DNA of 58,358 bases, taken from Candidatus Berkelbacteria bacterium Licking1014_7. GTDB lineage: Bacteria > Patescibacteriota > UBA1384 > GWA2-35-9 > CG2-30-39-44. How positions within the stretch are numbered: the stretch's first letter is position 1; the number at the start of each line of letters is the position of its first letter. Of this stretch, positions 49,431 through 57,635 are shown in pieces. The stretch is taken from positions 1 to 58,358 of the forward strand of contig VMGK01000002.1 of the NCBI GenBank assembly GCA_007376535.1, given 5' to 3'. Under the pieces are notes generated by a model, which searched no databases, was not told the DNA's origin, and saw only the letters and a list, made by a program, of their open reading frames with translations. Made by a program: the position numbers and the translations under genes.

Positions 49431-49793
49431 ATGGAAAAAACAAATCTCATTAAATTAGAAAAAAAATTACTCGGGGCGCAAAAAGCATACGAGAAAATTT
49501 TAATCAAGATAAAAAAATATCCTGATTATGGAATTGGCGAAGAAGATAATGTGCAGGAAATAGAAGAATTTGAAGAATCCCTGGGACTGAGAAAAAATAT
49601 TGAAAAAGCGCTTAAAGAAGTAGGGAGGGCGATTAGACAAATTAAAAAAGGCAAATACGGCATTTGCTTGTCCTGCAAAAAAGAAATTAACCCTAAACGG
49701 TTAGAGATCTATCCATCAGCCACACTTTGCGTTGCCTGCAAAAGCGAGCGCGCCAGACGAAAACCGTGGCTGAGGTTTCCGTGGCGTGGCTGA
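49431..49793 (+). CDS. DksA/TraR-family C4 zinc-finger protein
   Basis: Coiled-coil N-terminus plus CLSCKKEI...LCVACK. Confidence 0.8.
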   Translation: MEKTNLIKLEKKLLGAQKAYEKILIKIKKYPDYGIGEEDNVQEIEEFEESLGLRKNIEKALKEVGRAIRQIKKGKYGICLSCKKEINPKRLEIYPSATLCVACKSERARRKPWLRFPWRG

Positions 49794-49798
49794 AAGTA

Positions 49799-50143
49799 CT
49801 ATCTGAGAACTTTTTTGACCACTTGCGCAAATTCCTTAGGATAAAATTCAGCCAGTTGCGAGAGAATTTTACGATCTAAGTCAATTTTTTGATCTTTCAA
49901 AAGTTTGATAAAACGGGAATATTTTAATTCAAAAGGTATAAGACCGGCATTGATTTTTAAAATCCATAATTGGCGCATAGTTCTTTTTTTAGTTCGTCGA
50001 TCCCGATACGCATATTGCCCGGCGCGAATCACCGCCTGTTTTGCCATACGAAAAACCCGGCTGCGCGACGCGCGATAACCTTTGGCTTTATCCAATATCT
50101 TTTTATGTTTTTTGTAAGCAGTAGTTGACTTTTTTGCTCTCAT
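49799..50143 (-). CDS. rplT: 50S ribosomal protein L20
   Basis: KGYRASRSRVFRMAKQAV and RRTKKRTMRQLWI motifs. The ATG at 50143 is preferred over the TTG at 50152. Confidence 0.93.
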   Translation of the reverse strand: MRAKKSTTAYKKHKKILDKAKGYRASRSRVFRMAKQAVIRAGQYAYRDRRTKKRTMRQLWILKINAGLIPFELKYSRFIKLLKDQKIDLDRKILSQLAEFYPKEFAQVVKKVLR

Positions 50144-50187
50144 ATATTTCAAATTTAAAATTTAGATCTCAAGTTCCAAAGTGTAAT

Positions 50188-50282
50188 GAACCCATTGCAA
50201 AACTCTTAATCGTAGCGAAATATGATCACATTTGAGCGAAAAATACGAAACGTGAGGAAGCATCCGCCAAGGCGGACGATGA
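50188..50282 (+). repeat. 95-nt module H, 100 percent identical to 58262..58356
   Basis: GAACCCATTGCAAAACTCTTAATCGTAGCGAAATATGATCACATTTGAGCGAAAAATACGAAACGTGAGGAAGCATCCGCCAAGGCGGACGATGA. Confidence 0.95.
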
Positions 50283-50328
50283 ATCGTTGAAATAATTTTG
50301 AATTTTAGATTACACTTTGTCTCGTGGA

Positions 50329-50529
50329 TTAAATCAATTTTTTTAACTTTTTCTGGTCAGAAGTATTTACGCCGACTTTTCGCTTGGCATTGTTTTGACT
50401 TCTTTTGCTTTTGCCTTTTACCCGATGTTGGTCTGATTGATAGAGGCGAATGATTTTCGCTTTTTTCTTATTTTTCGGATTGGTTCTTTTAATTCTTTTG
50501 GCGGCTGATTTGTATGTCTTTTGTTTCAT
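50329..50529 (-). CDS. rpmI: 50S ribosomal protein L35
   Basis: 66-aa basic protein (KSAAKRIKRT) between infC and rplT. Confidence 0.9.
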   Translation of the reverse strand: MKQKTYKSAAKRIKRTNPKNKKKAKIIRLYQSDQHRVKGKSKRSQNNAKRKVGVNTSDQKKLKKLI

Positions 50530-51013
50530 CTGATTTTTTAATTATGGTTTGAAATCGATTGCCCATTCTTTTGACTGGCTGATCATATTGTCCAGAAATT
50601 AAATTTTTAAATTTATCAATTATTTCGTACGCTTTTTCAGGATAAATATTTTCCCTGCCGCGAAGCATCAAAGACACTCTGATTTTGCCAAATTTATCAA
50701 TAAATTTTTGCGCTTTTTTGACTTTGGTAAGTAGATCGTGCGCTTCAATATTTACCTTAATCTGAATTTCTTTTATCTCAAACCGAATCGATTTCCTTTG
50801 CTTTTTATTTTTATTTTGCAGATATTGATGTTTACCCCAGTCAATAATTTTAGCCAACGGAGGTCGCGACTTAAAATTTATCACCACTAAATCCAACCCC
50901 TCGCCTTGGGCAAGTTTTAAGGCACTTGGTGTATCCATCTGTCCGAGTTTATTGCCGTCGCTACCGATTACATCTAAGCGCGGAAACCTGATTCTGTGAT
51001 TTGTAATGTTTAT
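50489..51013 (-). CDS. infC: translation initiation factor IF-3 (non-AUG start inferred)
   Basis: The in-frame extension upstream of the track ATG encodes INITNHRIRFPRLDVIGSDGNKLG, which matches the IF-3 N-domain. Candidate starts are ATA at 51013 and ATT at 51007. Confidence 0.85.
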   Translation of the reverse strand: MNITNHRIRFPRLDVIGSDGNKLGQMDTPSALKLAQGEGLDLVVINFKSRPPLAKIIDWGKHQYLQNKNKKQRKSIRFEIKEIQIKVNIEAHDLLTKVKKAQKFIDKFGKIRVSLMLRGRENIYPEKAYEIIDKFKNLISGQYDQPVKRMGNRFQTIIKKSDETKDIQISRQKN

Positions 51014-51034
51014 TGCCAGTAAATTATTATTTTC

Positions 51035-51790
51035 TTAATTTATTCTAACACGAGGCATAATTAAATGCAAGAGTTTGGGAATGGTATGCAGCCGCACTGG
51101 CGTTTTTGCCAAAACCTCTTCGCCGATTTTAACCGGAATTAATTCATTTGATTCTATGGAAAATGTTTTAGACGAAAACCTTGTAGAATAATGATTTTGC
51201 GGTCTCTCAATTTTGAAAAAACTAACTACTTTACTTAAAAATCCATTGCCAATCCCAATATCTTTTAACATTAATTTTAAGGACGGGGTAATTTTTACCT
51301 TGTCAACCAATGACTTGGCGCAGTAATTCTTAGTGGTAATCATCGTAAAAAATGGCTTGTTTTTGGAAATTTCAATCGGCAAAATGAAAAATTTATTTGG
51401 TTCAATAAACGCCACATCAATTTTTCTGAGATGGCGGTTTTTTAAGTTTTCAATCGCTTCGTCAACGGTTGAAACATTGAGCAGTTGCGCCATCAGCGAA
51501 TCCTGATAATTCAGCGGAATTGCGCCAAACACAATTTTATCTCTATTTTGCGCCAAAGATAAATTTATCAAAAAATGGGCGACTTTATTGATAAACTCGT
51601 CAGTGCCAACCGCCACGATTGTATGATAGCCCTTGGTTATGCCAAGTTCGGTCATTTCTTCAATCGTGCGAAGCGGAGTAGTTTGCACAATCTCGCCGCT
51701 GATTCCACTCAAACTAATTCGGAGTTTTATCTTCTCGTATAATTTTTTCACATTCTTTGCGCCAACGGATTGAAAAATATAATAGTACAT
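51035..51790 (-). CDS. DAGK/YegS-like lipid kinase fold protein with degenerate GGDGT motif (VGTDEF)
   Basis: HTIVAVGTDEFINKVAHFL resembles the DAGK_cat signature region. Assignment is tentative. Confidence 0.4.
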   Translation of the reverse strand: MYYYIFQSVGAKNVKKLYEKIKLRISLSGISGEIVQTTPLRTIEEMTELGITKGYHTIVAVGTDEFINKVAHFLINLSLAQNRDKIVFGAIPLNYQDSLMAQLLNVSTVDEAIENLKNRHLRKIDVAFIEPNKFFILPIEISKNKPFFTMITTKNYCAKSLVDKVKITPSLKLMLKDIGIGNGFLSKVVSFFKIERPQNHYSTRFSSKTFSIESNELIPVKIGEEVLAKTPVRLHTIPKLLHLIMPRVRIN

Positions 51791-51824
51791 ATAAATAATA
51801 AATCAAATCTCAAAATTTAAATCT

Positions 51825-51866
51825 CCCGCCCGCCATCGCTATCGCTCAGGCGATTAGCGGGCAGGC
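51825..51866 (-). repeat. module B copy
   Basis: CCCGCCCGCCATCGCTATCGCTCAGGCGATTAGCGGGCAGGC. Confidence 0.9.
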
Positions 51867-51903
51867 CCCGTTAGAAATTACGCGACAATTATTTCTAACG
51901 GGG
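51866..51903. repeat. module J hairpin CCCCGTTAGAAAT-12 nt-ATTTCTAACGGGG
   Basis: Perfect 13-bp stem. The same arms occur inside the pilin 5' coding regions. A variant lies at 18541..18569. Confidence 0.85.
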
Positions 51904-51925
51904 CAGGCAAAATGACAGCGGATTT

Positions 51926-52420
51926 TTATTCAAGTTCAAAATCATCAATTTCCGGCTCAGAGTCATTTAACTCTTCTTTTGGCTCAAAATCTTCTGGCTT
52001 TTCTTCTGACTTTTTTTCTTTGGCAGAGGCCTTTTCTGATTTTTCTTCTTTTTCTTTTTTTTGATCTATATCTTTCTTGACTTCACGAGCCTCTTCGTTC
52101 ATTTGACACTTGCCATTAAAAACCGCGCCTGATTGGATAATCAATTCTTTGGTAGTGATTGATCCGTTAATTTTAGCCGTAGGCAGGACCTCTGTTTTAT
52201 CATATCCAGTAATATCTCCCTCCACTTCGCCAGCCACTGTGATAATACTGCCTTTGACTGGACCAGAAACTTTGGCTGACGGAGAAATATTTATATTCTT
52301 TTCAGAAACAACTTCTCCTTCGACTGTGCCGTGGATTATAATATCATTGTTGTCTGAGATTGTGCCGGAAAGTTTAACATTGGCTCCCACGACTGTCCCC
52401 TCTTGTACTTCTTGGTTCAT
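51926..52420 (-). CDS. bactofilin with acidic/Lys-rich C-terminal tail
   Basis: Beta-helix repeats GTVVGANVKLSGTI..IIIHGTVEGEV...VSGPVKG..ITVAGEVEGDI. The ATG at 52420 with GGAAGGA upstream is preferred over 52507. Confidence 0.8.
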   Translation of the reverse strand: MNQEVQEGTVVGANVKLSGTISDNNDIIIHGTVEGEVVSEKNINISPSAKVSGPVKGSIITVAGEVEGDITGYDKTEVLPTAKINGSITTKELIIQSGAVFNGKCQMNEEAREVKKDIDQKKEKEEKSEKASAKEKKSEEKPEDFEPKEELNDSEPEIDDFELE

Positions 52421-52577
52421 ATTCCTTCCTTTCTGTCCTTTTGGACAATTTATTTTAATTTTATTTTTATTTTCAAGCGAACGAGAGAAATGAAAACTTG
52501 TTTTCACTTCCGAGTGAGCGCTGAAAAAAAGTTAATGCTTTACACGACTTACGGATTATATCCTTAATATATTTTCG

Positions 52578-52670
52578 GGATAATTGACTTCGAAGCCATC
52601 CACAGCCGAGCGGGCACGGTGGTCGCCGCGGCGACCGAGCGAGGCGAGGACGAGCGAGGAGCCGTGCTGA
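52578..52670 (+). repeat. module C truncated copy fused to module B (52671..52700)
   Basis: Matches 4844..4936 with a few substitutions. Confidence 0.85.
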
Positions 52671-52797
52671 TCGCCTGAGCGATAGCGATGGCGGGCCGGT
52701 CTTCTCAAAATAGACTTCATTTCCGTCGGGCAGGCAGACCCTGACAGACCATACTCCTGAAAAAAGTGTTACTGATGTGCCCTGCCTGGACATTGGA

Positions 52798-52826
52798 TTG
52801 ACACACTAAATATTTTATGATATTAT
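52798..52826 (+). promoter_or_regulatory. TTGACA-N17-TATTAT promoter for rpsP
   Basis: TTGACA cactaaatattttatga TATTAT, 35 nt before the ATG. Confidence 0.5.
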
Positions 52827-52861
52827 TATATTTAATGTAACGATAATGAGATTACAAAAAT

Positions 52862-53299
52862 ATGACGATAATTAGATTACAAAGAGTCGGAAAAAAATCG
52901 CAACCATATTTTCGTCTAGTGGTGGCAGATAAAAAAAGGCATGTGAGCGCCAAGACACTAGAAATTTTGGGTTCTTTTAATCCCAGAAGTAAAGAAATAA
53001 ATTTTGAGAAAGAAAAAATTATTTCTTGGATAGAAAAGGGCGCGCAAATTTCAAACACTGTCGCGCGACTATTGCAAAACAAAATTAAGCATAATAAAAT
53101 AAAGGCAATACCAAGACCGCCCAGAAAGCCCAAGACAAAACAAGAAAATCAAGACAAGTCAGCAGAAACAAAATCAGCGCAATTAGAACCAGAATCCCAG
53201 CCAGCGCCAGAAAAACCTAAAGAAAAACTTGAGGAAAAACCATCTAAGGGAAAACCGCAAGAACAAAAACAAAAAGCAGTTTTGGTCGAATCTGCTTGA
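52862..53299 (+). CDS. rpsP: 30S ribosomal protein S16 with Lys/Glu/Pro-rich C-terminal extension
   Basis: MTIIRLQRVGKKSQPYFRLVVAD start, 145 aa. Confidence 0.93.
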   Translation: MTIIRLQRVGKKSQPYFRLVVADKKRHVSAKTLEILGSFNPRSKEINFEKEKIISWIEKGAQISNTVARLLQNKIKHNKIKAIPRPPRKPKTKQENQDKSAETKSAQLEPESQPAPEKPKEKLEEKPSKGKPQEQKQKAVLVESA

Positions 53300-53337
53300 A
53301 TAACAAATATGTTCCGCAAGGAACGCAGGATAATACA

Positions 53338-53694
53338 ATGGCTGACGAAACCGCAAAACAAGATATCGAGTATGTTGAAGCGATTGTAAAGGGCATTGTT
53401 GATAGCCCAGAAGATGTAAAAGTTGACAGAAAAGTTGATGAAATGGGCGTTTTACTTTCTCTGTCAGTAGACGCAGCTGATATGGGCAAGGTTATCGGAA
53501 AAGAAGGCCAAACCGCCAAAGCTATCCGCACCTTACTTCGCGTCTATGGCGCCAAAAGCAATGCTCGCATTAACTTCAAAATTCTCGAACCGGAAGGTTC
53601 AGAAAGAGCAGAATCTTCAGAAAGAACAGAATCTTCAATCTCTGATAGATCAGATACTACTCCGATTGAAGAAAAAACTACCGAAGTTGTCTAA
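53338..53694 (+). CDS. KH-domain RNA-binding protein (YlqC/UPF0109-like)
   Basis: DMGKVIGKEGQTAKAIRTLL GxxG motif. Conserved position after rpsP. ATG at 53338. Confidence 0.8.
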   Translation: MADETAKQDIEYVEAIVKGIVDSPEDVKVDRKVDEMGVLLSLSVDAADMGKVIGKEGQTAKAIRTLLRVYGAKSNARINFKILEPEGSERAESSERTESSISDRSDTTPIEEKTTEVV

Positions 53695-53704
53695 GTTTGT
53701 TTGT

Positions 53705-53736
53705 AAAGAGCGTCCGTTGCAACGGGCGCTCTTTTA
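53705..53736 (+). terminator. rho-independent terminator AAAGAGCGTCCG-ttgcaa-CGGGCGCTCTTT
   Basis: Hairpin with a T-rich 3' arm right after the KH gene stop. Confidence 0.6.
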
Positions 53737-53743
53737 GTATATA

Positions 53744-53800
53744 ATAGACTCACTGCAAAATAACCTTTTCTGCCCACCGTCATTCAATCTCTTGCAAAAA
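53744..53800 (+). repeat. module G copy
   Basis: See 34988..35050. Confidence 0.85.
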
Positions 53801-53815
53801 ATGTATAATTTATCT

Positions 53816-54457
53816 ATGAAACAATTTATTATTCTTACATTATTTCCAGAAATTTTTGCCAGTTTTCTGAAAACGAGTTTGATACAAAGAGCGCAAAAAA
53901 AAGATATTATTAATATTGAGTTGGTAAATTTGCGCGATTTTGGAATTGGCAAACATAAACAGGTTGACGACAAACCGTACGGCGGCGGTCCGGGAATGAT
54001 AATTAAAATTAATGTTTTGGAAAAAGCCATTGAAGACATTAAATTCAATAACCCAAATACCTATATAATTTTACTTGATCCTAAAGGAAAAACATTTAAT
54101 CAAAATCAAGCCAAAATTTTATCGCAAAAAAATAAAACAATCGTCTTAGTATGCGGTCGCTACGAAGGGTTTGACAGCCGAATTGATAATTTTATTGATG
54201 AAAAAATTTCAATCGGAGATTTTATTTTAAGTGGAGGCGAAGTCGCTGCAATGGCGATTATTGAAGCGACCAGCCGATTGTTGCCAAATTTTTTGGGTTC
54301 TGAGAAATCGCTTGAAAATGAAACATTTAGCAATCTAAAAAAAGAATATCCGCAATTTACCAAACCAGAAAATTATAAAGGGCTGAAAGTTCCTTCTGTT
54401 TTATTGTCAGGCGATCACAAAAAAATTAAAAAGTGGCAAGAAAATCACAGCAGATAA
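53816..54457 (+). CDS. trmD: tRNA (guanine37-N1)-methyltransferase
   Basis: ILTLFPEIF start, YGGGPGMIIK and GRYEGFDSRI motifs. An alternative ATG lies at 53801. Confidence 0.93.
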   Translation: MKQFIILTLFPEIFASFLKTSLIQRAQKKDIINIELVNLRDFGIGKHKQVDDKPYGGGPGMIIKINVLEKAIEDIKFNNPNTYIILLDPKGKTFNQNQAKILSQKNKTIVLVCGRYEGFDSRIDNFIDEKISIGDFILSGGEVAAMAIIEATSRLLPNFLGSEKSLENETFSNLKKEYPQFTKPENYKGLKVPSVLLSGDHKKIKKWQENHSR

Positions 54458-54469
54458 TTTGAAGATAAT

Positions 54470-54498
54470 TTGACCCAAACATCAAAATTTCATATAAT
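54470..54498 (+). promoter_or_regulatory. TTGACC-N17-TATAAT promoter 12 nt before the rplY ATG
   Basis: TTGACC caaacatcaaaatttca TATAAT. Implies a leader of about 5 nt without an SD. Confidence 0.5.
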
Positions 54499-54510
54499 AA
54501 TAAATTAGCG

Positions 54511-55215
54511 ATGAAAAAAACGAATCTCAATGCAACAATTCGGCAAGAAAAAAGAAAACGAGTTAAAGAACTGATTAAAAATCATTACCTTCCAGCGATT
54601 TTATACGGCAAGGGAATTAAAAATCAAAATTTAACGATTAAAAAATCTGCCTTAATGCATATTCTGAAAGAATTCGGGCAAAACGCGTTAGTTAATTTAA
54701 AAATCAACGATCAGGAAAAAATTTTGGTTTTTATTAAATATGTTCAAAAAAATCCGGTAAACGATAATATTGTCCATTGCGATTTTTGGAAAATTGATCC
54801 CAATAAAAAACTTGAAACAGAAATTCCGATTGTGGCGATTGACAGCGCGCCAGCGGTTGAAGATTTACAAGGAATTTTAATCCAAAGTAAAAACGCGCTT
54901 GAGGTTTTGGCTTTGCCAGAAAAATTAGTGCCAGAAATTCAAGTAAGTATTGCAAATCTTAAAACATTTGAAGATAAAATACAGATTAAAGATATTGTTT
55001 TGCCTGAGGGAATTGAAACGCAAAATGACCCCAAAGAAACAATTTTTAGCATTCAAGAGCCGAGAAGTGAAAAAGAATTGGAAGAATTAGAAGAGAAACC
55101 AGAAGAAAATGTCCAACAAGTTGCAGTAGAAAAAGGCAAAGAAGATGAAACAGGAACAGAAGAACCAGCCGTCGATAAAAAAGAAATCGAGCAAAAGCCA
55201 GATGAAACCAAGTAA
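54511..55215 (+). CDS. rplY: 50S ribosomal protein L25/Ctc form with acidic tail
   Basis: LPAILYGKG motif and two-domain length of 234 aa. Confidence 0.88.
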   Translation: MKKTNLNATIRQEKRKRVKELIKNHYLPAILYGKGIKNQNLTIKKSALMHILKEFGQNALVNLKINDQEKILVFIKYVQKNPVNDNIVHCDFWKIDPNKKLETEIPIVAIDSAPAVEDLQGILIQSKNALEVLALPEKLVPEIQVSIANLKTFEDKIQIKDIVLPEGIETQNDPKETIFSIQEPRSEKELEELEEKPEENVQQVAVEKGKEDETGTEEPAVDKKEIEQKPDETK

Positions 55216-56401
55216 AAGTAGTTTTGGAATATTTTGTCTTGGATGTCCTCAAAACGAGTATGATGCCAAAAAAATTAGCCGTGAACTAATTAAATTAGGT
55301 CTTAAAAATACTTTAATTCAAGACGCTAAAAATATTATCGTGCTTTCTTGTAGCGTGCGCCAATCGGCTGTTGACAGAATTTGGGGAAAATTAAATCTGT
55401 GGACTAAGGATAGTAAAAGAATTTTTATTTTGGGCTGTGTTTTGCCTATCGATCAAAAGCGATTTCGCCAAAAATATCCTGAGTTAAGAATTTATCAAAC
55501 CGAAGTTTTTATCCGTCAAATTCCTAAGTTATTTAAAACAAGCCCGAAAATCCCCCCATTTACGAAATGTACGTCTCTTGGTAAAGATTTTGAAAATAAA
55601 CGGCGCTATGTAAAATATCCGGAAAATCACGGGTATGTGCCGATTCAAACTGGTTGCGATAATTTCTGCGCTTATTGCGCTGTGCCCTATACGCGCGGCA
55701 GAGAAAAATCGCGTCCCAGTTGCCAAATAATTCAGGAAATTAAATCGTTAATTAAGCAGAAAAAAAATTATATTACTCTACTTGGTCAAAATGTGAATAG
55801 TTATGGATTGTCAAAAAAAGAAAAAATGCAAAATATTAAAGCCGTGCAAAATCTAATTAAAGATAAAAATTTACTTTTTGAAGAACAAAAAAAAATTATA
55901 GAAAATACTACACCAAAATTTGCTGAATTACTCTGGGAAATAGAAAAAATCAAAGATCTCAAAAAACTGGATTTTCTTTCACCCAATCCCCAAGATATGA
56001 CTCAAGATGTGATTAATTGGATGGCGCAGACGAAAATTTTTTCTAAAAAAATAAATCTGCCCTTGCAATCTGGCTCAGATAAAATTTTAAAAAAAATGAA
56101 TCGACGCTACAGCGCGGCGCAATATTTGAAATTGGCGCGAAAAATAAAAAAAGCAGTCCCTGATATTGATCTTACAACTGATATTATCGTTGGCTTTCCC
56201 GGAGAAACCCAAGCGGATTTTGAAAAGACATTTAAATTATGCCAAAAAATCGGCTTTCGCCAAATTTATATCGGCAAATATTCTGCGCGCCCTGCCACAG
56301 TCGCGCAAAAATTTTTTAAGGACAATGTGAGTTGGGAAGAAAAAAAGAGGCGATGGGAGAGATTAAATGAGTTGGTTAAAAATCAGTTTCCGACGCGGTA
56401 G
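55202..56401 (+). CDS. MiaB/RimO-family radical SAM methylthiotransferase
   Basis: N-terminal LGCPQNEYDA (UPF0004) and CDNFCAYCAVPYTRG CxxxCxxC cluster. The ATG at 55202 is preferred over 55145. Confidence 0.85.
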   Translation: MKPSKSSFGIFCLGCPQNEYDAKKISRELIKLGLKNTLIQDAKNIIVLSCSVRQSAVDRIWGKLNLWTKDSKRIFILGCVLPIDQKRFRQKYPELRIYQTEVFIRQIPKLFKTSPKIPPFTKCTSLGKDFENKRRYVKYPENHGYVPIQTGCDNFCAYCAVPYTRGREKSRPSCQIIQEIKSLIKQKKNYITLLGQNVNSYGLSKKEKMQNIKAVQNLIKDKNLLFEEQKKIIENTTPKFAELLWEIEKIKDLKKLDFLSPNPQDMTQDVINWMAQTKIFSKKINLPLQSGSDKILKKMNRRYSAAQYLKLARKIKKAVPDIDLTTDIIVGFPGETQADFEKTFKLCQKIGFRQIYIGKYSARPATVAQKFFKDNVSWEEKKRRWERLNELVKNQFPTR

Positions 56402-57123
56402 TTATAGCCAAACGCCTTGGCGTAATAATTGCCTCCGTTGTTGCCCTTATAACAAGGGGACCCGGTTGGCGCTGTAAGACATGTTGAATCTGCGTTGGAT
56501 AAATCCATTGTTACCGTGTTTGCGTCTGGGTTTGTCCAAGTTGATGTTTCTAATTTTGCCCAAAGCGAATATCGCTGTTCCTCGGAACATTGTAGTCCTC
56601 CATTGGCGCTCAAGGGATAATACATATATGCATTCCTAGTCAATGAAACCGAAACCCCCCCTGAGAATGAGCCGTTGTATTTGGGGTCAAGCGGAATATT
56701 GCCGATATATTTAGGCACTAATGCTCTGTAAATTGAGTTCCAGGCTAGGTTACTATCATTAGGCGGGTTAGGCGATACCCCCTCATAAAGCCACGCCTCA
56801 ATTACATTATCGCATGTCGGATATTTTCCATTTACTTCATAATACCCTTCCAATGCTTGCTGGAGCGTTGCCAAATCTGCCTTCCTCTTGGCATCGCGGG
56901 CTTTGGCGGTTTGTCCTTTGAAACTGATAACCGCAATAGAAGAAAGAATGCCAATAATCGCCACAACAACAACTAATTCTATTAGGGTAAACCCCGTTAG
57001 AAATTTTTGGTTCCGCGATGTTTTACGCAAAAAACAAACTTTTTCCACAAATTTATCGCAGATATTTTTGATATTTCTAAACGGGGTAAACCCCGTTTGA
57101 ATATTTTTCATTTTACCTACCAT
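56383..57123 (-). CDS. type IV pilin-like protein (prepilin-type N-terminal cleavage/methylation domain)
   Basis: FLTG/FTLIELVVVVAIIGILSSIAV. A possible TTG start at 57030 would give MRKTSRNQKFLTG, parallel to the next pilin. Confidence 0.78.
   Translation of the reverse strand: MVGKMKNIQTGFTPFRNIKNICDKFVEKVCFLRKTSRNQKFLTGFTLIELVVVVAIIGILSSIAVISFKGQTAKARDAKRKADLATLQQALEGYYEVNGKYPTCDNVIEAWLYEGVSPNPPNDSNLAWNSIYRALVPKYIGNIPLDPKYNGSFSGGVSVSLTRNAYMYYPLSANGGLQCSEEQRYSLWAKLETSTWTNPDANTVTMDLSNADSTCLTAPTGSPCYKGNNGGNYYAKAFGYNYRVGN
56992..57086. repeat. inverted repeat CCCCGTTAGAAAT ... ATTTCTAAACGGGG flanking 68 nt in the pilin 5' region
   Basis: Arms at 56992..57004 and 57073..57086. An extra hairpin AAACGGGG-taaa-CCCCGTTT lies at 57079..57098. 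Confidence 0.8.
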
Positions 57124-57623
57124 GCTTGCGCTCCCGAAGAAAATACTTCGAAATAGTCAGTCGATACTCCGCCGTCATTGCTCTCTGACCCTGTATCAAG
57201 TAATAAATTGGTTTTTAATTTGTAATCATTTACTGTCCCAGCATAATTATATTGATTGCTTCCGCTGGCATGAATGGGGATAGTAGGCATATACGGTCGG
57301 AGGACTGTTTGCAAATAAGCCCAAGTCAACCTACCGGCGACGCAATTATTTGTCGCAGTTACAGTCATAACGGTAGCGCTATTAATAAAGCATTTAACTG
57401 CTAACGCCCCATTGGTGACAGGATAAGAACTATTCACTTCATAATATAGATTTAAAGCTTTTTGCATTTCTTTAAGATCAGAGACGCTTTTTGTGTCTTT
57501 GGCTTTTTTTGTCTGTCCAGAAACCATCACCACAGCAATACTTGACAATACTCCGATTATGGCTATCACTATCACCAATTCTATTAGGGTAAAACCGGTT
57601 AGAAATTTATTTGATTTTCGCAT
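57117..57623 (-). CDS. type IV pilin-like protein
   Basis: MRKSNKFLTG/FTLIELVIVIAIIGVLSSIAV with AAGGAG SD. Confidence 0.82.
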   Translation of the reverse strand: MRKSNKFLTGFTLIELVIVIAIIGVLSSIAVVMVSGQTKKAKDTKSVSDLKEMQKALNLYYEVNSSYPVTNGALAVKCFINSATVMTVTATNNCVAGRLTWAYLQTVLRPYMPTIPIHASGSNQYNYAGTVNDYKLKTNLLLDTGSESNDGGVSTDYFEVFSSGAQAW

Positions 57624-57635
57624 TTTACTCCTTAT

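Noticed and set aside
50221-50289. 22-aa basic micro-ORF (MITFERKIRNVRKHPPRRTMNR) inside module H
   Set aside because: It has no SD or promoter context, and the second copy is cut by the window end. It could not be distinguished from chance.
52473-52793. 106-aa minus-strand ORF upstream of bactofilin
   Set aside because: It reads through modules C and B (SPRRPPCPLG..., Arg/Pro-rich). It overlaps the extended, probably false, 5' end of the bactofilin ORF.
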